Below are positions 55,633 to 64,000 of a stretch of 64,000 nucleotides of DNA, piece after piece. Position numbers and translations under genes: made by a program. The first letter of the stretch is position 1; each line of letters begins with the position of its first letter. Where the stretch lies: the IMG/VR virus record IMGVR_UViG_3300043410_001024, positions 1 through 64,000 of that record; one strand, 5' to 3'. The stretch comes from a virus. The notes under the pieces were generated by a model. That model had not been told where the DNA came from and made no database searches. It was given only the letters and a program-made list of their open reading frames with translations.

Positions 55633-58600
55633 TTACGTCCAGCTTTGCTTAAAATAATTCATTGCTAACATGGTACCAGTAACACCGTTTTTGAAATTCA
55701 TTTTATTGTTAATCTTAACGGCACCAGAGGTAGTTGAACCAATTTTATATGGTCCAATTTGAACAGTACCTGCGGTAAGAACTGATGTTTGTGCGTTAGC
55801 GCCGCCAGCACTAATCGCTCTAGCAACATATGTTTTAATCGCACGTTCAGTTGGAACAATACTATCACTATTTGCAACAAAATAGGAATCAGTTGAAAAT
55901 TGGGAAATTGATACTTGGTTTACACCAACTTGTACTCCACCTAATGATAAAGATGTTATTCCATTTAAGTTAAATAAATCAGCTGAAACAGTAACAATAC
56001 CAGTTGCCTGTTGTACACCAAACAATCCACCAACATTAAAGTTACCATCTTGGTCAGTTGAGGTTACGAATACTCGACCTAGGTTATTTTCTTGAACTTG
56101 CTTAAATGATGCGGCGGTTGTAACATCAACATTTGGATAATTAGTGGTTGTTTTATTACCAGTACCAATTAATAAAAAGTCATGACCAGTTAATCTTACT
56201 TGGCTGTATTTCTGTCTAATAGATACCGATGTACCGTGAACCGGTGTTAATGCACGATCAATAGCTGGGCTAATCTGAAGTGTGTATGATGAGAATATAT
56301 CAGTAGGTGGGGTGAAATTCTTGGTATATCTTGCAAAATTTGATATTCTCAAATTATCCATATAACCAACAAATCCTAAACTTGTACCACCGACTCTATC
56401 AAGTTTTAATGAGGTGGTTGATAATGCCCCCATACTTCCATATTCTATACCGTTTACAAACACACGAATCGTATTACCATATTTAACAACAGCATAATGC
56501 GCCCATTGGTTGATGGTATCCGGTATTGTAAACATACCAGTAACATCAGCTAATTGTACCCGCCAAGTTGTACTATTTCCATACCATCCGATAGCTTCTG
56601 AACCAGCAACTTGGGTAACCATAGTATAACTACCGCCAGCCACAGCTGTTCTTTTTAACCACACCTCCCAAGTAAAATCACTAGAAATAGTAATTTGTGT
56701 AAATGCAAAATTGCCACCAATCGGTGGGAAATATAAAGATCCCGAACCAGTGTATTTTTCGGCATTACTAACAGTCACTCGATCAACAATATTACTCATT
56801 GATACTTGCGATAATGAATGATCAAGTAAATCATCGCCAGTTAAAAATAGCACAACATTACTAAAATATGGGTCAGGGGGTGTTGCCGACACGCTAACGA
56901 CTTTATATTTTGTTGAATCATTAGCAACCACTAAACTTGAACCCAAACTAGGTTGATAAGTTAGATTACTAACGGTTAAGTATTTTGATGTTTGATTTAT
57001 GTCCGCATACCCACTTCCACCGATAATTTTACAAGTGGTGGTCGATGTTTGATATTTGGACCCACGCGAGATAAACGACGGGTTGCCTAAAACACCGTTA
57101 CCCGTGCGACAAGTTAGCACCGCTGCGGTTGTTGCATTTGGATCTGTAATTGTTACCACTGCTGAACCAGCTGTATATCCTTGCATATAAACTGATGCAA
57201 CTGTTTGAGATACATTAACCGTGTAACTATTCCCAGCTATACCGGTTGCGGCAGCAGTTTGACTGATATTAATGGTATATCTTATTCCAGAAATAATTGT
57301 CGAAGTTTGGGTAACTGATGCACTTACAGTCCAAGTACTGTTAATACCAGCCCCACTAATATTTGAAACTATATACGTTCCAGTTGGGATAGCACCGCCG
57401 GTGAGTGTCATACCTGCATATATAACCCCGGACGTCATTGCTGATACTGTAAGTGTGGTACCAGATATAGAACCTGTAAATATAGCTGAATCAGAACCAG
57501 TAATTGTAGAACCAGACACAATCCCGTTTCCAGATAGTACAAGTCCAGTTGTAATGATTCCACTAGTAATATTTGTAATAGTTAAACTAAAATTAGATAT
57601 GAAACCAACGAAAGTTGCACTATTCTGAGCTGTTATTGATGTATTTGCTGAAATATTACCATACGCACCACCCAATAACATTCCAACAAGCGGATTGGTT
57701 AACGAGCTAACCGATGTTACTGATAACGTTGTTCCGGTAATACTTCCTGTAAATTGTGATATTGACGGATCAGATAGATATCCACTACCAGGATTCCATA
57801 GTTTAATACCACCAATCTTTCCTGATGCGGTAATTACTCTACCAACAGCTGGGGTTCCCAACGTAATAGCTTGGGTATTACCAGTCGTATCAATAACAAT
57901 GGCGGTTGGTACATTTGAAATAGAACCAATGGCGACATTATTCCATAGGTTATTTGGTAATGTTTGTAATACCCATACAATACCGTCCGTACTGGTTGCT
58001 GAATTAACTGAATTAGATATAGCAAAGAACATACCGTGATTATAGGTGATATTCGTCCATGCTGCACTAATAGGCAATGTTGACGCAACCCATGTAATTC
58101 CATCTAATGAGTATACAGCATTGGTTCCACTATTTGCGATTGCAACAAATCTACCGTTACCATATATTAAACTTGCCCAAGTTGCGGTCGTTGGTAATGT
58201 TACTGTGTCCCATGTTATTTCAGTTGCCGAATATGAAACTTGGTTTGTATTCCCAGATGCGAATGAAACATATATACCAGCACCATACGCAATAGGACCG
58301 CCAGCAACGGATGGTGAACCCAACGCGGTCCATGTTATTCCATTAGTCGATGTAAGCAATTCAGTGGTACTGTTGGTTGATGAATATCCTAGTGACTGAA
58401 TATACGCGGATGCAGATGAACCTATTTCAAGCTGTACACCCCAGAAATATATACCAGATACACCATCTCCTAAAAATCCATAATTACCGTTTGACAGATA
58501 TAATGCAATATAAGTGGCTGTGACATTTAACGTAAAGGTAAAAGAGCATCTATACCAACCATTATCAAGTGGCGTTACCGAATAAGAAAGCGGTGTTCCT

Positions 58601-61600
58601 TCACCAGGATTAAAGTCCATCGTTGCTGTTAACGACGATAAATTAAAATCAGCAACAACCGAACCATTAACACTCAATCTAAAACGTTTTGATGCATAAT
58701 CATCACTTTTTACAAATACCGATGCGGTATATGGGACGTTATCAGTAATAGAATAGTATCCAGATTGAATGTAGTGAGTAGATGTAACTGCGGTAGCAAC
58801 AACTTTATCAGCGGTCATATTACCATCAGGTGCGATAGCAGCATTTGAGACAACCGTGGTCTGTGATAGGGTTGGCCATCTAGTGGCGTTGGCCAAATCC
58901 TCAGATCTTCCTGTTATATTAGTTCTGGTTGCATTAAAACTGACAAATGCAACTTTAGATCCTGCAGCAATAATTGGCGTGTTTGAACCCGACGGCCGCA
59001 ACGTTCCACTGGTCCATACCATCCCATCCGTTGAATATCCGTATACATTTCCAGAATTATTGATGGCAACGAATGTGTTAGATGCACCCGCAAATGCGAC
59101 CGTTGGCGAATTGAATCCCACTGTTCCAGTCCCAGTTGCCCACGAACTACCAGTGGTTGAGTATGCCATAACCCCAGAAGCGATTCCGCCAACCGTGACA
59201 AATTTACCATTACCATATGCAATTGCCGAGGTATTAGCAGCAGAACTAGTTGCGGTTAATGTAATTGGTGGTGTTGAGAAAGTAACACGCGGTTCGATAC
59301 TGTATACAGTTGTTGAATCCAATACGGATGCAATAGTTGTTCCAGGAATAACATGATCCCATCCAGCAATACCAGTGCTTTCTTTATAAATAGTTGCAAC
59401 TTTACTAACAGAATTATATGATTGAATATATCCATATTGTCCCACCCCAGTACCGCTGGTTATAATAATTCTCATACCAACGTAATTCGCTGAGGTTCTT
59501 TGATCATTGGATGCAATAGTAATAGTTGTTGATGTACCGCTTTGTGCTTGGTTCCCACCAGTAAGGTACCCATTACCACCTGCACTATATGTGGAACCAG
59601 TAACAAATGCTTCGAATATTGCATTATCTCTAAATTCATCAAACAGAACCGATACACCAGTACCAGCACCGCTAAATGTTGCATATGGCTGCGATTGTAA
59701 TGAATATCCTTGTCCAGCATTTGAATATTCTAACACTAAAATTTTATCTTGTGCCTGTCCTGCAAAGGATGACGCAACTTGTGCATTTTGGGTTCTATTG
59801 TTAACCGCACCAATTAATGGGCTTTCATTTGGGTCATATCCTTCAGCAACTGTACCGTAAGTACCATAAGAACTATTACCGTTAGTTGCACGAATTTTCC
59901 CACCATTTTCAGACAAGTAACCAATGTGGCCATAATACGAAAATACGGATACCAATTCGGTCAAGGCTCCACTACCGGTACACCAAACACCAATCCCATC
60001 ACTTAAAATTTGTGTAAAATCGTTTGCAACAACTGAACGATTACCACCATTGTGTAATGTACTATCGACTTTTAAACCAACACATCCTGACCCAAATGTA
60101 GATACATTTTGAACATATGGTGATTTCGTGGTAATCCAAACTGATGAATCAGTCGGTCCTGTACCTGGGTCTAAACTAACATATGCACCAGCGGTTGGGC
60201 GGCTTGTGCCATATGAATTGGCTGCACCTAATGTTCCTGATAAACCAGATAAGGTCATATTTCTAATTCCAGAACCATTTCTAACATAGAACATATTTGA
60301 TGTTGTGTATCCACTTGCTGGCTGGACTACTGTGCTTCTAATTTCATCGCCAACTAATTCTAATCCAGCAACCACCGTAATTGGTAATATTTCACTGTAA
60401 GTACCAGTTTTAATAAACAAGGTTGCACTTGGTACATTTAAACTTGCAATATAATCACACGCATATTTTATTGTTTTAAACGGTTGGTCTAAAGTGGTTC
60501 CTTTTGTTGTTGCATCGGTACCAGTTGGTGCCACGTAAAATACATTAGAGGTTACACCAAATTTTTCCCAATATGGCAATGTATTTGATTTATAAGTGGT
60601 TCCATCCGCACCTATATGAACTGGAATATATGTACTTTGGTATGTTATCGTGTCACCAGTTGCCGTCATTGGTTCATTAACCGCACCACTAATCAATAAA
60701 TTCCAATATGTGTTAGTCGTATCGGCAATCGGGTTATTACTAGAACTTGAGGTGTGCTTTAAAATACATCTATAGGTCGATGTATTATACGAGACTAAAT
60801 CACCAAGTACATATGTATTATTAGCGAGCCACGCGCCATGCCATTCATTACCGGATATAACTAAAGTCCAAAAGCCAGTATTAGTTGTTTCTGTATTTAA
60901 ATTATCTAAAATACAAACATATAGCTGTCCATTACGTCTTACCACATCACCAACATAATACTGAATGGATGATACCCAATCCCCTTTAATTCTAAACCCG
61001 GTGGTTAATAATGTCCAGTCAGATGGGCTAGCACTCGGAACTGCATCAGTATTATGAGTTTTACTAATATAATTGTAGCCGCCGTAACCAACGATATCAC
61101 CGGGAGCATAATTGTATGTTATAATTTCAATAAACTGTATTTGTATCAATGATGCTATAGTTGTTGCATTAATAGTGTTTAACCTAATATCAATACCTTC
61201 TTCTATTATAAATTTATAGATAGTACCATTGAATTGTACAATATCATTATGTCTATACCATACACTTGGTAACCACTCACTAGGAGAAAGTGAGGTAGAA
61301 GAAAGCCAGGCGTCTCTAAATTTTACACCTGGTACATATAACGTCCAGTTAATTGTTTGAAATGTTGCAATAGAGGTGTGGTCGGTTGTACATAACCAAA
61401 TATCAGCACCGTACTTTACAATGTCTTTAGCTTTATAAACAGTTGATGCAGTCCAAGTGTATTTGTAATCTATACCTTGAGTAACAATTTCCCATCCCCA
61501 ACTTGGAAACCCAATTAGTGGGTCTGCCTGATGCGTAACTATACATCTATAAATAGTTCCGCCATATCTTGTAATATCGCCTTTTTGGTATGCAGTAGTA

Positions 61601-62019
61601 ACCAACCATTCGCCTCTCCAATTATCAGTTTTAAGATAAACTGACCATTTTGATGAATCGGTGGTTAATCCTGAGAGATCATCAATATGTGCGGTAGAAG
61701 TATGCGAGGTAAGACAAATGTACAAGAAACCATTATATCTAACTATATCACCTTGGTTATAAAACGTCGAAAAATTCCAACTACTTTTCCATGCATACCC
61801 ATCAAACCACAAAGTCCAATATGGTTGGGCGGTATCTGGTTCTGTCAAAGTATTAATATGATTCAAATCTGTGTAAAAATTTGGGCTAGCGGTGTGACCT
61901 ACTAAACAAACGTATGATTTCCCACCATAACGAACGATATCGTCTTTTATATATAATGTACTAGCAGTCCAGTCACCTTTCCAGGTAAATCTTATTCTAT
62001 CTAATTTAAATTCAGCCAT
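55633..62019 (-). CDS. Giant tail fibre/virion protein B, 2128 aa, paralog of A with a LamG/ConA-like insert
   Basis: Same architecture (MAEFKLDRIRF); extra DFTWEVW...WAHYAVV...VFVNG...GYMDNLRIS and ....WGVQLE modules. Confidence 0.8.
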   Translation of the reverse strand: MAEFKLDRIRFTWKGDWTASTLYIKDDIVRYGGKSYVCLVGHTASPNFYTDLNHINTLTEPDTAQPYWTLWFDGYAWKSSWNFSTFYNQGDIVRYNGFLYICLTSHTSTAHIDDLSGLTTDSSKWSVYLKTDNWRGEWLVTTAYQKGDITRYGGTIYRCIVTHQADPLIGFPSWGWEIVTQGIDYKYTWTASTVYKAKDIVKYGADIWLCTTDHTSIATFQTINWTLYVPGVKFRDAWLSSTSLSPSEWLPSVWYRHNDIVQFNGTIYKFIIEEGIDIRLNTINATTIASLIQIQFIEIITYNYAPGDIVGYGGYNYISKTHNTDAVPSASPSDWTLLTTGFRIKGDWVSSIQYYVGDVVRRNGQLYVCILDNLNTETTNTGFWTLVISGNEWHGAWLANNTYVLGDLVSYNTSTYRCILKHTSSSSNNPIADTTNTYWNLLISGAVNEPMTATGDTITYQSTYIPVHIGADGTTYKSNTLPYWEKFGVTSNVFYVAPTGTDATTKGTTLDQPFKTIKYACDYIASLNVPSATLFIKTGTYSEILPITVVAGLELVGDEIRSTVVQPASGYTTSNMFYVRNGSGIRNMTLSGLSGTLGAANSYGTSRPTAGAYVSLDPGTGPTDSSVWITTKSPYVQNVSTFGSGCVGLKVDSTLHNGGNRSVVANDFTQILSDGIGVWCTGSGALTELVSVFSYYGHIGYLSENGGKIRATNGNSSYGTYGTVAEGYDPNESPLIGAVNNRTQNAQVASSFAGQAQDKILVLEYSNAGQGYSLQSQPYATFSGAGTGVSVLFDEFRDNAIFEAFVTGSTYSAGGNGYLTGGNQAQSGTSTTITIASNDQRTSANYVGMRIIITSGTGVGQYGYIQSYNSVSKVATIYKESTGIAGWDHVIPGTTIASVLDSTTVYSIEPRVTFSTPPITLTATSSAANTSAIAYGNGKFVTVGGIASGVMAYSTTGSSWATGTGTVGFNSPTVAFAGASNTFVAINNSGNVYGYSTDGMVWTSGTLRPSGSNTPIIAAGSKVAFVSFNATRTNITGRSEDLANATRWPTLSQTTVVSNAAIAPDGNMTADKVVATAVTSTHYIQSGYYSITDNVPYTASVFVKSDDYASKRFRLSVNGSVVADFNLSSLTATMDFNPGEGTPLSYSVTPLDNGWYRCSFTFTLNVTATYIALYLSNGNYGFLGDGVSGIYFWGVQLEIGSSASAYIQSLGYSSTNSTTELLTSTNGITWTALGSPSVAGGPIAYGAGIYVSFASGNTNQVSYSATEITWDTVTLPTTATWASLIYGNGRFVAIANSGTNAVYSLDGITWVASTLPISAAWTNITYNHGMFFAISNSVNSATSTDGIVWVLQTLPNNLWNNVAIGSISNVPTAIVIDTTGNTQAITLGTPAVGRVITASGKIGGIKLWNPGSGYLSDPSISQFTGSITGTTLSVTSVSSLTNPLVGMLLGGAYGNISANTSITAQNSATFVGFISNFSLTITNITSGIITTGLVLSGNGIVSGSTITGSDSAIFTGSISGTTLTVSAMTSGVIYAGMTLTGGAIPTGTYIVSNISGAGINSTWTVSASVTQTSTIISGIRYTINISQTAAATGIAGNSYTVNVSQTVASVYMQGYTAGSAVVTITDPNATTAAVLTCRTGNGVLGNPSFISRGSKYQTSTTTCKIIGGSGYADINQTSKYLTVSNLTYQPSLGSSLVVANDSTKYKVVSVSATPPDPYFSNVVLFLTGDDLLDHSLSQVSMSNIVDRVTVSNAEKYTGSGSLYFPPIGGNFAFTQITISSDFTWEVWLKRTAVAGGSYTMVTQVAGSEAIGWYGNSTTWRVQLADVTGMFTIPDTINQWAHYAVVKYGNTIRVFVNGIEYGSMGALSTTSLKLDRVGGTSLGFVGYMDNLRISNFARYTKNFTPPTDIFSSYTLQISPAIDRALTPVHGTSVSIRQKYSQVRLTGHDFLLIGTGNKTTTNYPNVDVTTAASFKQVQENNLGRVFVTSTDQDGNFNVGGLFGVQQATGIVTVSADLFNLNGITSLSLGGVQVGVNQVSISQFSTDSYFVANSDSIVPTERAIKTYVARAISAGGANAQTSVLTAGTVQIGPYKIGSTTSGAVKINNKMNFKNGVTGTMLAMNYFKQSWT

Positions 62020-62030
62020 GTATTATCTCA

Positions 62031-62387
62031 TTATATTCCACTTGGGTACTGATATTTCATATCAGTACGTATTACTAAATTTCCAGAACTGTCAATATAG
62101 TAATATATGTTTCTGTCATCCCAACGATATTGTTCATAATTTAAATTTTCATATGTTAAATTATGATATACGTCTCTACCTTCAAAAAAATCAACACCAG
62201 TTTCAAACTCGGTGAAATTATCGGCTGGGTCACCTTCATTGTTAATTGTAATCGAATCAACTCTGCTTAATTGATTGATTTTAGCTAGGTAAAGTTCACC
62301 ATCATCAGTTCTGCGAAATGCATAAAGGTAGTTAGGACTATCCCCTTTCAAATCTGATTTTTCATTACCTAAAAAATAATTACTCAT
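62031..62387 (-). CDS. Hypothetical structural-cluster protein, 118 aa
   Basis: ATG 62387 after SD AAGGA; Y.FRRTDDGELY, YYYIDSSGNLV. Confidence 0.7.
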   Translation of the reverse strand: MSNYFLGNEKSDLKGDSPNYLYAFRRTDDGELYLAKINQLSRVDSITINNEGDPADNFTEFETGVDFFEGRDVYHNLTYENLNYEQYRWDDRNIYYYIDSSGNLVIRTDMKYQYPSGI

Positions 62388-62397
62388 TGTATTATCC

Positions 62398-62727
62398 TTA
62401 TACGATTTCAGCATAACTGATAATTACATCAACACTTGATGTGGTATCACTTACGATTTTGAATAGACAGTTTTCTGCTATCACTAGTTTTTCACCATTA
62501 GTAACAAGTTTTGCACTATTATATGGTGATATTTTTAATTGTTTTATAAAATATACTTCATTTAAACTTGGATCAACCATAGTTACGTCGATGAATACAT
62601 CATCATCGGTAACATTTGCAACGTTGCATCCAATCACGGTATATCTGGTAATTCCAGTTGGGCTTAATAATGTAACTGCCGATGTCCCAATTGATTTTTG
62701 TATTTTTGTTCTTAAAAAAGTTGCCAT
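62398..62727 (-). CDS. Small beta-sandwich structural adaptor, 109 aa
   Basis: TVIGCNVAN, GEKLVI, SVDVIISYAEI; paralog of 48798-49118. Confidence 0.75.
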   Translation of the reverse strand: MATFLRTKIQKSIGTSAVTLLSPTGITRYTVIGCNVANVTDDDVFIDVTMVDPSLNEVYFIKQLKISPYNSAKLVTNGEKLVIAENCLFKIVSDTTSSVDVIISYAEIV

Positions 62728-62731
62728 TTTG

Positions 62732-64000
62732 TTATCCGAAAATTAGTGCCGATGCTAATCCCATGTCTTCGGCGGTTGAAGCGGATATCCCGCCAGAGTT
62801 ACCAGCAATACTAATCCATGAAACACCATCAAATATTTCAACCATCACCGATTGGGTATTGAAACGTATCATTCCAGTTTCAGTTACGGTTGGCCGATCA
62901 TGTAAAGTATCACCACTTGGTATCACCACCCCGTTCACCCCAGTAAATTTTACATATCCAGTACCAGTTTGTAAAAATTCTGTGATAGCATTTGATGCAA
63001 CATTAGTTATTGTGTTGGTGTTAACGGCTAGATTTCCAAATCTAACTCTACCAGTACCAGTCGTGGTTAAATTTATATCAGTGTTAGTTGCAATGGTACT
63101 AATGGTATTACCATTAATGTCCAAACTAGATGTTTGTATTTTTTGTGCAAACAATTTTGTACTATCAATAGTCGCGGTTAAGTTATTATTTGCATAAAAA
63201 TATAAGGTATTATCATTTGCACCAGGGGTTGCTTCGGCTAATATTCTAGTATTACCACTATTATCAATTACCCCACTTAGTTGTAACCAATATCCATTAT
63301 TATACCCTTCATATCTTGATAAGGTGGTATTATAGCGTATCATACCATTAGCTGGTGTCAATGGGCGTTGGACGGTCGTGCCAACTGGTATTGTTATACT
63401 GCGAGTACTGTTTATTACAACACCACCAGTTCCCTGTGTGGTTAATGTGATATTAGTATCAGTTGCAATACTTTGAATAGTATTGTCCTGAACTTTTAAT
63501 CCTTCTATTATTACGTTACCAGTACCATTTGCATATAATTCTAAATCAGTATTAGTTGGTGTGGTGTATATCGAATTACCAGTTATTGTTATTTGTGGTA
63601 ATTGTAAATACCCGGTAGCTGTTATGTTGCCAGTAACGGTAGCAGTGCCACTAGTGGTGAAATTACCAGTTTGGTTAATGTTACCAGTTTGGCCGATATT
63701 TCCAGTTATGTTGACACTTTTTAATGATGAGGTACCAGTTGTTACGGTTAAGTCATTTGTTACAGTAAGACTTTGATCGATTTGTACATTGTTACTAGGT
63801 ATATAAATCCGGCCAGTACCATTGGCAATAAGTTGTAAATCATCATTTGCGTTGGTGGTACTAATCGTGTTACTGTCAATCACCAATGTATCAACTTCAG
63901 CACGACTTACATAAACATTATTCCATCTATAAGTTGGGGTTCCCAAATCATAAGTTGCAGTAACTGATGGCACAATATCACTGTTAATACCAGCCACAAA
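62732..64000 (-). CDS. Fibre/structural protein, 5'-truncated at the window edge
   Basis: Frame open to 64000; repeats N.I.T..TN.D..L...GTG.V and two P.GT...RP...GMIR(Y/F)NT modules; ends LASALIFG. Confidence 0.75.
   Translation of the reverse strand, partial: FVAGINSDIVPSVTATYDLGTPTYRWNNVYVSRAEVDTLVIDSNTISTTNANDDLQLIANGTGRIYIPSNNVQIDQSLTVTNDLTVTTGTSSLKSVNITGNIGQTGNINQTGNFTTSGTATVTGNITATGYLQLPQITITGNSIYTTPTNTDLELYANGTGNVIIEGLKVQDNTIQSIATDTNITLTTQGTGGVVINSTRSITIPVGTTVQRPLTPANGMIRYNTTLSRYEGYNNGYWLQLSGVIDNSGNTRILAEATPGANDNTLYFYANNNLTATIDSTKLFAQKIQTSSLDINGNTISTIATNTDINLTTTGTGRVRFGNLAVNTNTITNVASNAITEFLQTGTGYVKFTGVNGVVIPSGDTLHDRPTVTETGMIRFNTQSVMVEIFDGVSWISIAGNSGGISASTAEDMGLASALIFG

Noticed and set aside
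52130-60080. Similar DNA segments in the two giant fibre genes as a DGR template/variable repeat pair
   Set aside because: Differences are synonymous and not adenine-specific, both copies are coding, and no reverse transcriptase is present.
1-64000. Stop-codon reassignment as seen in some large phages
   Set aside because: Core genes are full length in code 11, and TAG, TGA and TAA all serve as real stops with tight gene packing.
1-64000. tRNA or rRNA genes
   Set aside because: No cloverleaf with T-loop GTTCRA context or rRNA-like segment noticed in the few intergenic gaps; tRNAscan-SE would confirm.

Overview
A 64-kb segment of a large, AT-rich T4-superfamily (myovirus-type, probably jumbo) bacteriophage genome in the standard genetic code. 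From left to right: (1) 1-2050, an early region where four small ORFans each sit behind a near-identical sigma70 promoter + GC hairpin + RBS cassette; (2) 2050-2520, a non-coding, repeat-rich switch region with three tandem sigma54-consensus sites, a palindrome, phased A-tracts and a strand-skew flip; (3) three tandem T7 gp0.7-like protein kinases behind a late-promoter-like motif; (4) a leftward replication/recombination block: gp41 helicase, carbamoyltransferase with an unannotated coupled 37-aa peptide, gp61 primase, a 190-aa mini-DnaE, a gp62-like protein, UvsW, UvsY, UvsX and gp32 SSB; (5) a head/packaging/tail block: putative internal head proteins, gp17, gp16, gp4, tail tube, 1114-aa sheath, dNMP kinase, gp13/14/15 and a Nudix hydrolase; (6) about 26 kb of fibre/adhesin-like structural genes running off the right edge. 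No tRNA, rRNA, CRISPR array, integrase or reverse transcriptase was seen. Best leads: a putative capsid-packaged kinase triplet, the sigma54 site cluster facing the early cassette array, CsrA/RsmA-type GGA hairpins on uvsW and uvsX, and a hairpin-bridged SD with an ATT start for gp15. All family assignments come from motif recognition by eye; no database search was run.
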